NCBI GenBank assembly: GCA_037447605.1
Contig: CM074821.1
Span: 1,674,001 to 1,738,000, forward strand
DNA from: Zygnema circumcarinatum SAG 698-1b
Taxonomy: Eukaryota; Plantae; Zygnematophyceae
Direction: 5' to 3'
DNA: 64,000 nt
Of the stretch, positions 12,259-35,404 are shown one piece after another (within the stretch, counting starts at the first letter, position 1; the number at the start of each line of letters is the position of its first letter). A model generated the notes under the pieces. It had not been told where the DNA came from. It saw only the letters and a list, made by a program, of their open reading frames with translations, and did not search any database. The position numbers and the translations under genes are program-made.

Positions 12259-12376
12259 AAAAAATAACACCAACGAACTCACAATCCCTTATTCATTAAA
12301 GATTAACAATCAAAACGTACATATGGAGAGTTGGGAACAGCGACCCGGCAAGTCTTCAACTCCAACCCTCCCAACC

Positions 12377-14425
12377 TCAATCCCTCCTCCAACAAACAAT
12401 GGGCGCTCCCTCCTTTTCGGCCCTCGTGACAGTATCGGTCATGGCATGCACAAGATTTGCACTTTGCATTGAGGGGGTACCAAAGGGAAGGCATGCATGC
12501 GTGTGCAGGTGAGACCACGGAAGAGTGAAGGGAGGGAGGGCGGGGAGGCCTTGGCAGGCATCATTCTGAACGTCTACTTTTCTTCTCCTTCGCGCTTTTC
12601 TTGACGTGGGAAAACTGCAAGATTCGGAAGCTGGAATTTGAAGGGCAACAGCTGGTTGGGTGTTCATTACATCGGCCGCATATCCGAATCCTCCAAAAAT
12701 AGCGCAGCTTTGGAGAACAGCGAGAGGGGATCCTGCAATATTTGAACTAAACGAGTGAGTGAGCAGCATGTTTATAATGCAGACAAAAGAGGAGCTTTAC
12801 TTTGGAGAAACCCTAAAACTTGAAGAGATGTTCACGATGGTGAAAGAAGCCATATAGGGTATTGGTTTGTTCTGTTCTATAAAGCGTAGATAGACGTCTG
12901 GATATCTAATTCCACAATTAGCATCTAATATAGGAGGAGCCTCTACCACCTCTGTGCTGTTAGATAGCCTCAACTTGGAGAAAGGCGAGCACTTTGAATC
13001 AGGATAGGAGATCCAGAATAAAAAAGAAGGGGTGAAACTGCAGAGATGAAGGTTACCTCCCCAGCCGAGAATGAGGCCAGTGGCACATCCAGCGATTCCA
13101 GCATGAATGGCTGAGTTGAAAGCAAAAAATGGAATTAAACAAGGGGTATCAGTAAAATGAAACTGTTCTCTATTCTCTTTATCTCCGCTTGAATCTGGAT
13201 GACAAGAATGCCATCATGTTCAACAGCTCAAAGAGGGTTCTGAACGGGTTTTCCTAGAATATAAAACCTAAATGTCGAAACCGAAACCGAAACCGAAATG
13301 TCGTGATCATGGATGTCAGACTATGCAGGATTACAACCCTTCTGCATTTGACAACCTCACTGTTCTCAAGACTGAAGGGTCGTTTAAAGATGAAGGTTTC
13401 TGGTTTCTGGTTTCAGACTTTTACGGCATGGAGTGTATGGATGGAAGGGAGGACAGAGGGACAGGGCGAAGACGCGAGAAAGAAGAGAGAAGTGAGAGAA
13501 AGGGAGAGAGAGGAAGGAGAGAGGGAAGGTAGGAGAGAGGGAAGGTAGGAGAGAGAGGAAGGAAAGGGGAAAGGTAGGAGAGAGAGAGGGAAGGTAGGAG
13601 AGAGGGAAGGTAGGAGAGAGAGGAAGGTAGGAGAGAGAGGAAGGAAAGTAGGAAGGTAGGAGAGAGAGGAAGGTTTGAGGGAAGTTAGGAGGGAGGGAAG
13701 GTAGGAGAGTGCAACGTACGGTCATCTTTCTGCCGCACTTTCCTCAAATAGCACACCACAACTGAATGCACGGCTGATATTGTAGCAAATGTCTGCCCAC
13801 ACAAAGAAGGGACAACGGACCGGCACGTTAGAAGGCAACAATTAGATTCACTCGATAACTTTAGTTGAATGAATAAGCAACTATGCATTTACCTTTGCAG
13901 ACGAGCCCGCTTCGGCGAACACGCTCTTGAATGTTCTCGGTTTTTTGAACAACCCCGAGGCTGCAGGGGACAAGTCATTAACTTAGTCAAATAAACAAAT
14001 ACAACTTAAGCATGCTTCATAAACGGCGTCCAATTTTATTGATAAATAACTTATCCACAAGGAAATAAATGCAACAGACTGTCATATCTCAACCAACAGC
14101 TTCACACATGACCTTAAAAGGTGTCTCTCTCTCTCTTTCTCTCTCCCGCTCTCCTCTCCCTCCCCCATTCTATATCCCACAGCCCCAAAGCAAAACCAAA
14201 CCCCAAAAAAAAGGGGACGAGAGAGAGAGAAAGAGACATAGGAAACAAAATAAAAATTATACCACAATCAAATGATGTTGCAGGCTACCCACCCGCCCCC
14301 CAGACGCCCCCCATAACCGCGCCGGATAGGCCGGCTCCAATCCCCCGCGCGGCGCAAGGCTCCTCCGCCGCGCCGCCATGGCCGCCCGCCGGTCCCGCGC
14401 CCTCCTGCCCGCCAACCTCCGCCAT
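12377..14425 (-). CDS. TIM22-2: Tim17/Tim22/Tim23 (PRAT) family protein, TIM22-2/HP20-HP22 type; 5 exons
   Basis: Exons 14425-14293, 13960-13893, 13792-13720, 13110-13057, 12732-12377. They splice to GAGLSGAVMGGVWGAASGLFKK...[65 protein letters not shown], close to the plant HP20/HP22 consensus. Confidence 0.88.
13500..13705. repeat. Roughly 20-bp purine-rich tandem repeat (AGGAAGGTAGGAGAGAGAGG) in an intron of the TIM22-like gene
   Basis: Recurrent GGAAGGTAGGAGAGAG units, read directly. Confidence 0.75.
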
Positions 14426-15429
14426 GGCCGCCCTCCCTCTACCTCTCCCTGCCTACCTCCCCCGCCTTCCCTCTCCCTCTCCCTCTCCCTCCTTTCTCCC
14501 GCTCCCTTTCCCTTTCAAGCTCCTCCCTCGCAGGCCGGGGTTGCGCAACCCGTCTGGACATTCCTCCCAACATCACGTTATGTAGCGCGGCCGAGTGATG
14601 TCATCCCGCGCAACATACATACATACATACCGTATATCCCGTATATCCATATTTTACATACAGACTGTATGGTAAATTTCTGAGCCCACATTTGAACTTT
14701 GAACTTTGACCTTCAAACCACAAACCACAAACCACAAACAATAAACTCGCGTAGTTGGTGGGCCTAGAGGCGTTCCGCCGGCTCGTTATGGGCGGCCGGC
14801 CACATGGGGTCGACATTCCGACTTTGTTCCATGGCCAGGCCTCTTCAAATAAGGGAGATCCCCTAAATATCGTAAATAGCTTATTTATGTAAGATTTTGA
14901 GATTAGTTTACGTGATTTCAACTTAAATACCACACAAGCCCCAAAAAAGCATTTTTTTGGTTAAAAACAAAAAGGAAATGAATTGCATTTGCAACCACGA
15001 TAGCAATGATGTATATGTACTTCACTTGTTGGTATAACAACACGGCTTTAGAAACTGGTGCAACCTCTTCGACTCTTATAGATTGGTAAATTTTACCAAT
15101 CAATTAGAACAACTGTGCATTTGGCAATCACAACATATACTTGCTTATTCAAAAACCCAATTGCTCGGAAACTTTGTAGATCCAATCCTAAGCTCTCTAT
15201 TTCCTTTTCCACCCATCATTAATTACTCCAAGTATCACTTTAGAATCCATCATAGTCTTGAAATTTCCTCACAAAAACTCTATTCCAAATCATAACCTCT
15301 AAAATTCTAGGTGTAGCCACAAAAGAAAAATTGAAATAGGAACTAAAATTAGAAATGAAATGAAAAATGGTCTCACTCCCTTAGGAGTTTTAGGCTGAAC
15401 AAGACAACTATAGATGTGATGCAAATTAC

Positions 15430-15780
15430 TCAAAGAGACCCTCGAAGAGCGATCAAACTATCATACTGTTTGCAGTGAAGAATTCCTTCCAATGAAAAGT
15501 CTGTCAAACTCTTTCAAAACTCGTCTTCCTCCCATCCAATTACTGAAAAATCAGACTCGACGGTAGCAGTGTTGGGAAATGATGAAGCAAGGTCTCCATA
15601 AAATTCTCGCAACCTTGGAAACCTTTCCCCAATGCCCACAGCATCCCAACCAGCAAAAAAATCTATGCTTGCATCATCGCATTTATTCAATATTCTCCTC
15701 AAGTTAACATCTTCTCGATAAGCTCGAAGAAGGCCAGCGAAATCAACCCCAATGTTGTTGATCTCCTCTGTTGACATCAT
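15430..15780 (-). mobile_element. Degenerate hAT-family transposase C-terminal (dimerization-domain) fragment
   Basis: RLREFYGDLASSFPNTATVESDFSVIGWEEDEF*KSLTDFSLEGILHCKQY. The frame continues past an internal TGA at 15514-15516, so it is pseudogenised. FPNTATVESDFS...SLEGILH resembles hAT C-termini. Confidence 0.7.
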
Positions 15781-15996
15781 CTTGGCCAGCCGAGGTTTGT
15801 GAGCAGTTACAATGGGTTTTTAGCCTGCTAGAGGCAAACGGTAAGCAGGAGGCAAGTATTCCTGTCTCGTCCGTACGTGCACGGTTTCGTCCGTACAGTC
15901 CATATTTACGTGTTTTTACAAAACCAAGTTAGGGGACAGTCCCCTATCTTAAGCCGATCTCCCCTATTTGAAGAGGCATGTCCATGGCCCATGCAC

Positions 15997-16194
15997 ATGC
16001 CGACGCTGCCATGCGACCCATGCCATGCCATGCCGACGCTGCCATGCGACCCATGCCATGCCATGCCGACGCTGCCATGCGACCCATGCCATGCCATGCC
16101 GACGCTGCCATGCGACCCATGCCATGCCATGCCGACGCTGCCATGCGACCCATGCCATGCCATGCCTACGCTGCCATACGACCCATGTCGTGCC
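15997..16194. repeat. 33-bp minisatellite (ATGCCGACGCTGCCATGCGACCCATGCCATGCC) x6
   Basis: Five identical copies plus one diverged copy; gives the MPTLPCDPCHA repeat in the ORF track. Confidence 0.92.
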
Positions 16195-16844
16195 ATGCCA
16201 TGCCATGCCGATGCGTCCCCGACCACGGATCCAGAGCGAGCAACACGAGCACCAAGTGCTTCAACAAACTTGGCCACTATTGAGGGCTCTGAAAGACGGC
16301 AACCGTCCGATCTGTCACGTGTGCGTAACTGCAAGATTAAAAAGCAAAATGCACCAAATCTAGGGTTTTATGTCACGCGACTTAAAATTGAGACGGACAA
16401 CATGGAACCAGTCACAACGTTGTGCTTCCAATCGGCTCCAATAGTACGTGTTTGTACAAGAGGCCGCTGGTGACGGATCGTACATTTTCAGTTGTTCGTA
16501 CACTTGCGTCAGTGCTGTACGGTAACACTTTTCCTGACCATGTATGAAACGTGGCGGCCTCATTGGATACCTCCAAGCAGTCACACTAGCTGCCAAAAAT
16601 ACCGTACCGTCGCGTCACCAGCGAAAGCATTTAAGACTGTAATGGACCGTCGGGCACCGACCGTCCCACCCGGTCATCTGACGTCAGCATAAAAAAACTG
16701 TACGAGAATTCTGTACTCTTTCTGTACGGCCAGACTCTACTTTTTGAGCCGTTGGCGGTTGGTGCCGGCAAACCCGGAGTGACATTACCAGAAGGCGGGG
16801 TGTGTTCCTGTAAAGTTACATGTCATTATCAAGGCCATAAGGTG

Positions 16845-17040
16845 GATTAACCATTGGAATGATTGCCAACCATTGACTCACGACCTAGCCAACCATTGCC
16901 AATGGTCCAACCATTGGATCAATGGCTGCCAACCATTCCAATGGTTGCGAACCATTGCTGAAGGACCGAAACAACCATTCGAATGGTTGTCAACCGTTGA
17001 CCGTCCAACCATTGCCATCCAATGGTTGGCCAATGGTTAG
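16845..17040. repeat. Dense array of AACCATT/AATGGTT motifs in both orientations
   Basis: More than ten copies in about 200 bp, forming several small hairpins such as CAACCATTCCAATGGTTG and ACAACCATTCGAATGGTTGT. Confidence 0.75.
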
Positions 17041-17134
17041 CGATCCCATGATCCGGCCTGTGAGGGCTTCACTTCTACATACGGTGATGTAAGCATAAGC
17101 TAAATGGTCTCTGCAACTACTAACGAAGAATGGA

Positions 17135-17237
17135 GCAAATGGGATTGATCTCACGATGGCGAGGCCATCAAATGTGCATGGACAAAATCAGCATGGGGAA
17201 ACCACGAGGAACTGGTCGCAAAGGACCTAAGCACAAA
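17135..17237 (+). repeat. Dispersed repeat of about 100 bp, copy 1 (inverted copy at 18770-18866, direct copy at 46830-46931)
   Basis: Shared core CTCACGATGGCGAGGCCATCAAATGT.CATGGACAAAA...AACCACGAGG.ACTGGTCGCAAAG.ACCTAA.CACAA. Confidence 0.85.
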
Positions 17238-17639
17238 CGAAAGAAGCGAAAAGCGGAAAACTACGCCTAGGCACAACATCGCTTCAAGCCCTCCCTCCCT
17301 CCCTCGAAGCAGCCGCGAAGGTCGCCGATGTGTGGTACATCGCGAGGAGGGAGCGGCGGAAGGCCACCGACATAACTGCTAAAAAGTTTCGCAACATCAC
17401 TGTGATGTTTGTGGTGTGAGTGACGTCATATCAAACTTATGATATCATGCTGACATCACTCATCATCAGCCAACCGCTGCTGCGCAGAAGTACGCATGGC
17501 CATAGCGACCACCACATTGCACCCCCTCGGCCGACGGTTCATGGCGAGCGCGGAGGTCGCCCTCATGTGGCCCTCCCTCCCTCCTTGACGGCGATATCTT
17601 GTTGTTGGCCGATCCGGCTCGCACCGATTTATTGTCCCG

Positions 17640-17800
17640 TGCTTTGCGCCATGAGGGCGGGGGTCCTCTGCAAGGAGCGCGCATACGCCCACCGGGACGT
17701 GACGCGGCCGACGAGTGAGTTTGTTCCTATGGCGGTTGAGATTTTTGGTTGCCTCGACGCCCGTTTGGATGCCGTCCTTCTTTCCTCCGTCACTGCGTGC
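17640..17800 (+). mobile_element. Possible remnant of the C-terminal restriction-like endonuclease of a CRE/SLACS-type non-LTR retrotransposon
   Basis: CKERAYAHRDVTRPTSEFVPMAVEIFGCLDARLDAVL resembles the KE.xY...F.PLAVE.FG.L RLE-end motif. No RT domain is present. Confidence 0.45.
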
Positions 17801-17989
17801 GTGCGTGCGTGCGTGCGCCCATCAATCGCTCCTTGGAGATGCGCGCACGGCCCCGGAAGGAAGGAAAACCTTCTGCAATCCTCGCCACTTTTTATCGACA
17901 GAATATTTCCGTCTCCCTTCAGCGTCCCCTCTCTGTCATTCTATTCCGTACAATAGTTATTTGAAGTACAATTCAAGTTCCGCTCTTAA

Positions 17990-18753
17990 GGGGGAGTCAG
18001 ACCTTGACCATCGCCTGCGGAATTGAAAGATTCCGCCGGCGGAAAGGTATTGATTTCGATTGCAGAATTCGGATCGGAATCCGCGGCTCCCCCCGAACCT
18101 GTCTGTCCCGTCCGTACTTCGAAATAGGTTTTAGTCTAATCACGTTATAGTGACACTGTTTATAAGAACAACATGGATATACTGACTTTTTTCCCGGGAA
18201 CGGAATTGCACCACTGTAGATCCTGCGCCACTAGTGACGCCATTACGGATATAATGACGTTGAAAAACCCTGATTGTTACTATATATTCAAAATGTCGAT
18301 ATTATCCACCCACGTATTGGAATATGCGTTACAAATATATTTACCACCGTACACATTATCGACTAATATCGTCAAATATCGACTTGACCGTACATATCAA
18401 GTTGTTCGTACACATGCTCACTAGGGTTCGTACACACCTACCCACGTGACGACTGCCCAAAAAGTACAATGTACGGTATCAAAGTCGTACGGATATACAG
18501 CAAAAACATATGTAATAACATTGTTACTATAAATGTGAAATGACAAACGGGTCATTACCGATATAGTGACACAAATGTGTGGGGACCGACACAGTCACTA
18601 TAACGTGATTAGACTGTACAAAAATGAGATACAGGCTCGGCGCCCGAGCCTGTCGAACGTCCACTTTTGGCGAAAAAGGCCTGCCGTACAACGCGGAATT
18701 GGCCCGACGGGCTCGCGGAATTGGTTTGGCGCTGGTCAAGGTCTGACTCCCCC
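17990..18753. mobile_element. 278-bp MITE family (TIR GGGGGAGTCAGACCTTGACCA), copy interrupted by a nested 485-bp element
   Basis: 17990-18129 plus 18617-18753 reconstitute the intact element seen at 55068-55345. Confidence 0.9.
18132..18616. mobile_element. Non-autonomous Tc1/mariner-like element (23-bp TIR CAGTCTAATCACGTTATAGTGAC) inserted at a TA inside the MITE
   Basis: TIRs 18132-18154 and 18594-18616 match 22/23. The empty site in the 55-kb copy reads GGT-TA-CAAAA. The right TA is intact and the left reads TT. Confidence 0.8.
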
Positions 18754-21373
18754 TTTAGCTTCGTTTTATTGTGTTTAGGTCCTTTGCGACCAGTCCCTCG
18801 TGGTTCCACATTTTGCTTTTGTCCATGTACATTTGATGGCCTCGCCATCGTGAGTTCAATGAAATTTCCCCCCCCCATTCAAGTACTGTAGACACCGTGT
18901 TTTTCCGTACGCTTCGATCGTCATAACAGGTCAGTTTTGACAGACTAAAAACCAGATGGCGTCACCCAAGAAACCAAAAACCAATACGGGAACCGCTAAC
19001 GGATCTCGTGGCGCATGGAACGTCGTAAGCCCGTGGCGCGAATCCGGAGGAGGTCTTTCCACAAATTGCGGGTCAACGGTCACATGGAACGCGCCGGTCT
19101 CGCGGGGAGGGGGGGAAGGGGGGGAATGTCGGTGGTGGCTGCCACTTGGCACTCGCTCCGCGCTTCCCGGAGGAGGGAGGTAGGGAGGAGGGGAGGGAGG
19201 GAGGGAGGGAGGGAGGGAGGGTGGCGTGGAGGGGGAGAATGGGTGTGGAGGAGCGCTGAGGGGAGGAGGGAGAGGGAGAGGGATTGGGGGGGGCTGAGAG
19301 AGGGAGTGGGACCGGAGGGGAAGGGGGGGAGAGGGAGAGGGAGAGGGAGAGGGAGAGGGAGGGGAGTGGAGAGGGAGTGACGAGTGGGAGAGTGGTGGGG
19401 GAGAGGTTGGAAGAGGGAGTAGCAAAAGGGGGTGGGAGTGGGAGAGGGAGAGGTGTGAGAGAGGGAGTGCGGGGTTGGAGAGCGGTGGGAGAGGGGTTGA
19501 GAGGTCGGCGGGAGGGGAAGGATTGGGCGAGGGCGCGGGAGTGGGTGAGTGGGCAGTGGGAAACGGTTGGGAGAGTGGGTGAAGAGGTGGGAGCGGCTGT
19601 GGCGATGGCGGTGCTGCTACGCAGATGGAGACGGTGACAGGTAAGTTCGGACAGGGGAGATAGAGCGAGAGGGAGGAGTCGGAGAGGGGAGGGAGAGGAC
19701 TGGGAGAGGAGAGGGAGAGGACAAGTAGAGGGAGAGGGAGTGAGGAAGGAGAGGGTGAGGGAGAGTCGGGAGAGAGTGGAGGGAGAGGGAGTCGGGATTG
19801 TCGAGGAGGGAGAAGGAAAGGAATTAGGAGAAGAAAAGGCGGGACTTTGGGGGTTGGTGAAGGGGGAGGAGGGAATCGACTGGAGAGGGAGGTGAGGAGG
19901 GGGAGAGATGCAGAATCTGCCTTCAACAATGCGAGCGGAAGGTTAAAGGAAAGGAGGGGAAACAAAAAGCTACATGAGCTATTTATAGGAACTGGGAGAG
20001 GAGGAGAAAGTGGGGATGGGAGAGCGAGAAGAAGATGAAGCCTGAGAGGGAGCCTGAAAGCCGGAAGAATGGAATGAGGACGGAATGGAATGGAATGTCC
20101 TCCCGGTGTGAGAGGACAAGAAAGAGTGGGGGAGGGAGAGAGGAAGGTAAAGGAGGGAGGGAGCGAGAAAGGGAGGAGTGAGGGAGTGAGAGGTAGATAA
20201 AGAGGGAGGAAGGTGTTGAGGAAATGTCTACTTCCCGGGGGGGGGAAGGGGAGAGAGAGATGTTGGGGGAAGTTGGGCGCAGAGTTGATATGGGGAAGAG
20301 TGTTGAGCAGAGGCAGGGAGAGACCGGGATCTTCTGAAGGGGAGGGAGTGGGAGAGTTGAAAATCTTAGGCGGAGCCATATCCCCTCGGCCTTTTGCTAC
20401 AGGAAGGATTGTAGTGGATATGTTTCTAATTCTACATATACCTTTAGACGATTTATGCTCTATACATGTCGAGAATTTTTATTACTCGTAACAGGATCAA
20501 TACCATTTCATAAATTGATTAAATTTGACTTCGGAGGCTCGTTGTGGTTTACAGTCATGCATGCATATGATATATAGCCTTAATCTTTTTGGAATTCAGA
20601 AGTTCTAATATTGAGTTCAAGTATTGAATCTAGCAAATCTTTTAAGTGCTCTTCTTTTCCTTTCTAAACAGGATGTCACCTTTAAAATTCATAGCATACA
20701 TGATACGTAGATTGGCTAAATCTCAGCACCAGATATATTTCTAAAGCTCCTTCACCTTTATTCATGTTTCTCCATTCTCCTCCCTTTAATTCCTAAGTCT
20801 CTGTTCCATTTTCACCATTTGCCTCCTTTTGCTTACTTCCCTCTGGAATTTTTTCCTCCACTTTTCCTCTCTCCCCCTTCTGCTCTCTCTGTCCCCCTCC
20901 CCTCCCCTTCTAACTCTCTCTCGTTCTCTCTCTCACTCTCTCTCCCTCTCTCTCTCTCGCGCGAGCGCTCTCCCTCTCTCTCTCGCTCTCGTCCTGCCCA
21001 TCACTAAAGACACTGCTAATAAGGAATTAGGGGTCTAAGGCCTCTTCATCTCATCTATGTCATTAGTAAAATTGAAAATTCTGAATTCGGATGTACCGGA
21101 AGCTCCTTGGATTATGTCTTCTTTCGTTTGATATAATGAATGGAATTGACCTAATAAACAAGCTCTGTTCTTTTTGATTCGACTCTTTTGCTGATGCAAG
21201 ATGAAGGGCATGTCAACGAACTAAAAAATAAACACAGAAGCTGAATCATATGTCCTATGCTGAGAAATACATTAAAGAAACACTGTATTAAGAAACATAA
21301 ATTATGTTTAAAAAGTCTCACTCGTGCTCATCTCTATGCTTTTTTGTTTGCAGATTTACAGAAATTTGGCCTC

Positions 21374-34846
<13,473 letters not shown>

Positions 34847-35404
34847 GTGAGAGGGGGGAAGGGAGGGAGAGGGAGGGAGGAGGAGGAGGGAGGGAGGGAG
34901 GGAGGGAGGAGGGAGGAGGGAGAGGGAGGGAGGAGGGGAGGGAGGGAGGAGGAGGAGGGAGGGAGGGAGGGAGGGAGGGAGGAGGAGGGAGGGAGGGAGG
35001 AGGAGGGAGAGAGGAGAGGGAGGGAGGGAGGGAGGGAGGGAGGGAGGGAGAGAGGGAGGGAGGGAGGAGGGAGAGGAGGGAGGAGGAGGGAGGGAGGAGG
35101 AGGAGGGAGGGAGAGAGGAGAGGGAGGGAGGAGGAGGGAGGAGGGAGAGGAGATGGGGGAGGGGGAGGGAGGAGGAGGAGGGGAGCAGGAGTGGGGAAGG
35201 GGAAGGGGAGGGAGGGAGGGATGGAGAGAGGGAGAAGGGTTGGGAGGGAGGGGAGGAGGGAGGGGGGGAGGAGGAGGGGGGCAGGGTGGGAAGGGGAAGG
35301 GGGGGGGTGGGATGGAGAGTGGGAGGAGGGTTGGGAGGGAGGAGGAGGAGGGAGGGAGGGAAGGAGGAGGGAGGGAGGAGGAGGGAGGAGGGAGGGAGGA
35401 GGGA

